From sequence record JN638751.1: DNA of 24,000 bases; one strand, 5' to 3'. Position 1 is the first letter of the stretch. Each line of letters begins with the position of its first letter. The notes below the pieces were generated by a model. It was given only the letters and a program-made list of their open reading frames with translations, was not told the origin of the DNA and did no database searches. The stretch is from Bacillus phage G. Position numbers and translations under genes: made by a program. This document shows positions 23,834-24,000 of the stretch, in pieces.

Positions 23834-24000
23834 ATGTCAAACAATAACCGTAACACTTATGCAGTTCAAGAAGGGAATTTACCAACTGGAAACATTAGTC
23901 AACAAATGAATTCCTTTAAAGAAGCGGTAGCAGCAGAAATTGGTTTAAAGAATTATGATAGCATGGACAAACGTTGGATGCCAGCTATTCAACATGGTTA
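23834..24000 (+). CDS. Second SASP-like protein, truncated by the window end
   Basis: Not in the ORF track. ATG after aggaggaaaac; translates MSNNNRNTYAVQEGNLPTGNISQQMNSFKEAVAAEIGLKNYDSMDKRWMPAIQHG..., with the SASP N-half pattern (xFKxExAxElGixnYdxmDKgxlxxxxxG). Confidence 0.6.
   Translation, partial: MSNNNRNTYAVQEGNLPTGNISQQMNSFKEAVAAEIGLKNYDSMDKRWMPAIQHG

Overview
AT-rich window, almost fully coding, mostly + strand. The mix of genes fits a large phage (or phage-like megaelement) of a spore-forming Firmicute, but no capsid or terminase gene is visible, so a large plasmid or integrated element is not excluded. Supported content from left to right: (i) an envelope/transport locus with a left-truncated ABC ATPase, a coiled-coil unknown, a membrane-anchored PspA/ESCRT-III-like protein, two small unknowns, and two tandem paralogues that fuse a membrane-anchored periplasmic-type substrate-binding domain to a C-terminal OmpA-like peptidoglycan-binding domain; (ii) a minus-strand ART-fold-like gene; (iii) a complete type IIA topoisomerase pair with a standalone HIRAN protein between the subunits and an altered quinolone-resistance region; (iv) a minus-strand fibre/structural protein; (v) a PD-(D/E)XK nuclease with a Cys cluster; (vi) a ClpP + ClpX pair followed by an unknown; (vii) a DHH/DHHA1 phosphodiesterase; (viii) a possible structured leader, an unknown, MgtC-like and unknown genes; (ix) an RNA-repair pair, a kinase-HD end-healing enzyme plus an Rnl1-like RNA ligase; (x) two adjacent divergent alpha/beta-type SASP-like genes, the second running off the right edge. 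All family calls come from reading motifs by eye; no database search was run. The best leads are the ABC/PspA/OmpA-SBP locus, the SASP-like pair, the kinase-HD + ligase module with an odd HD-domain insert, the topoisomerase QRDR deletion, and a repeated promoter architecture.
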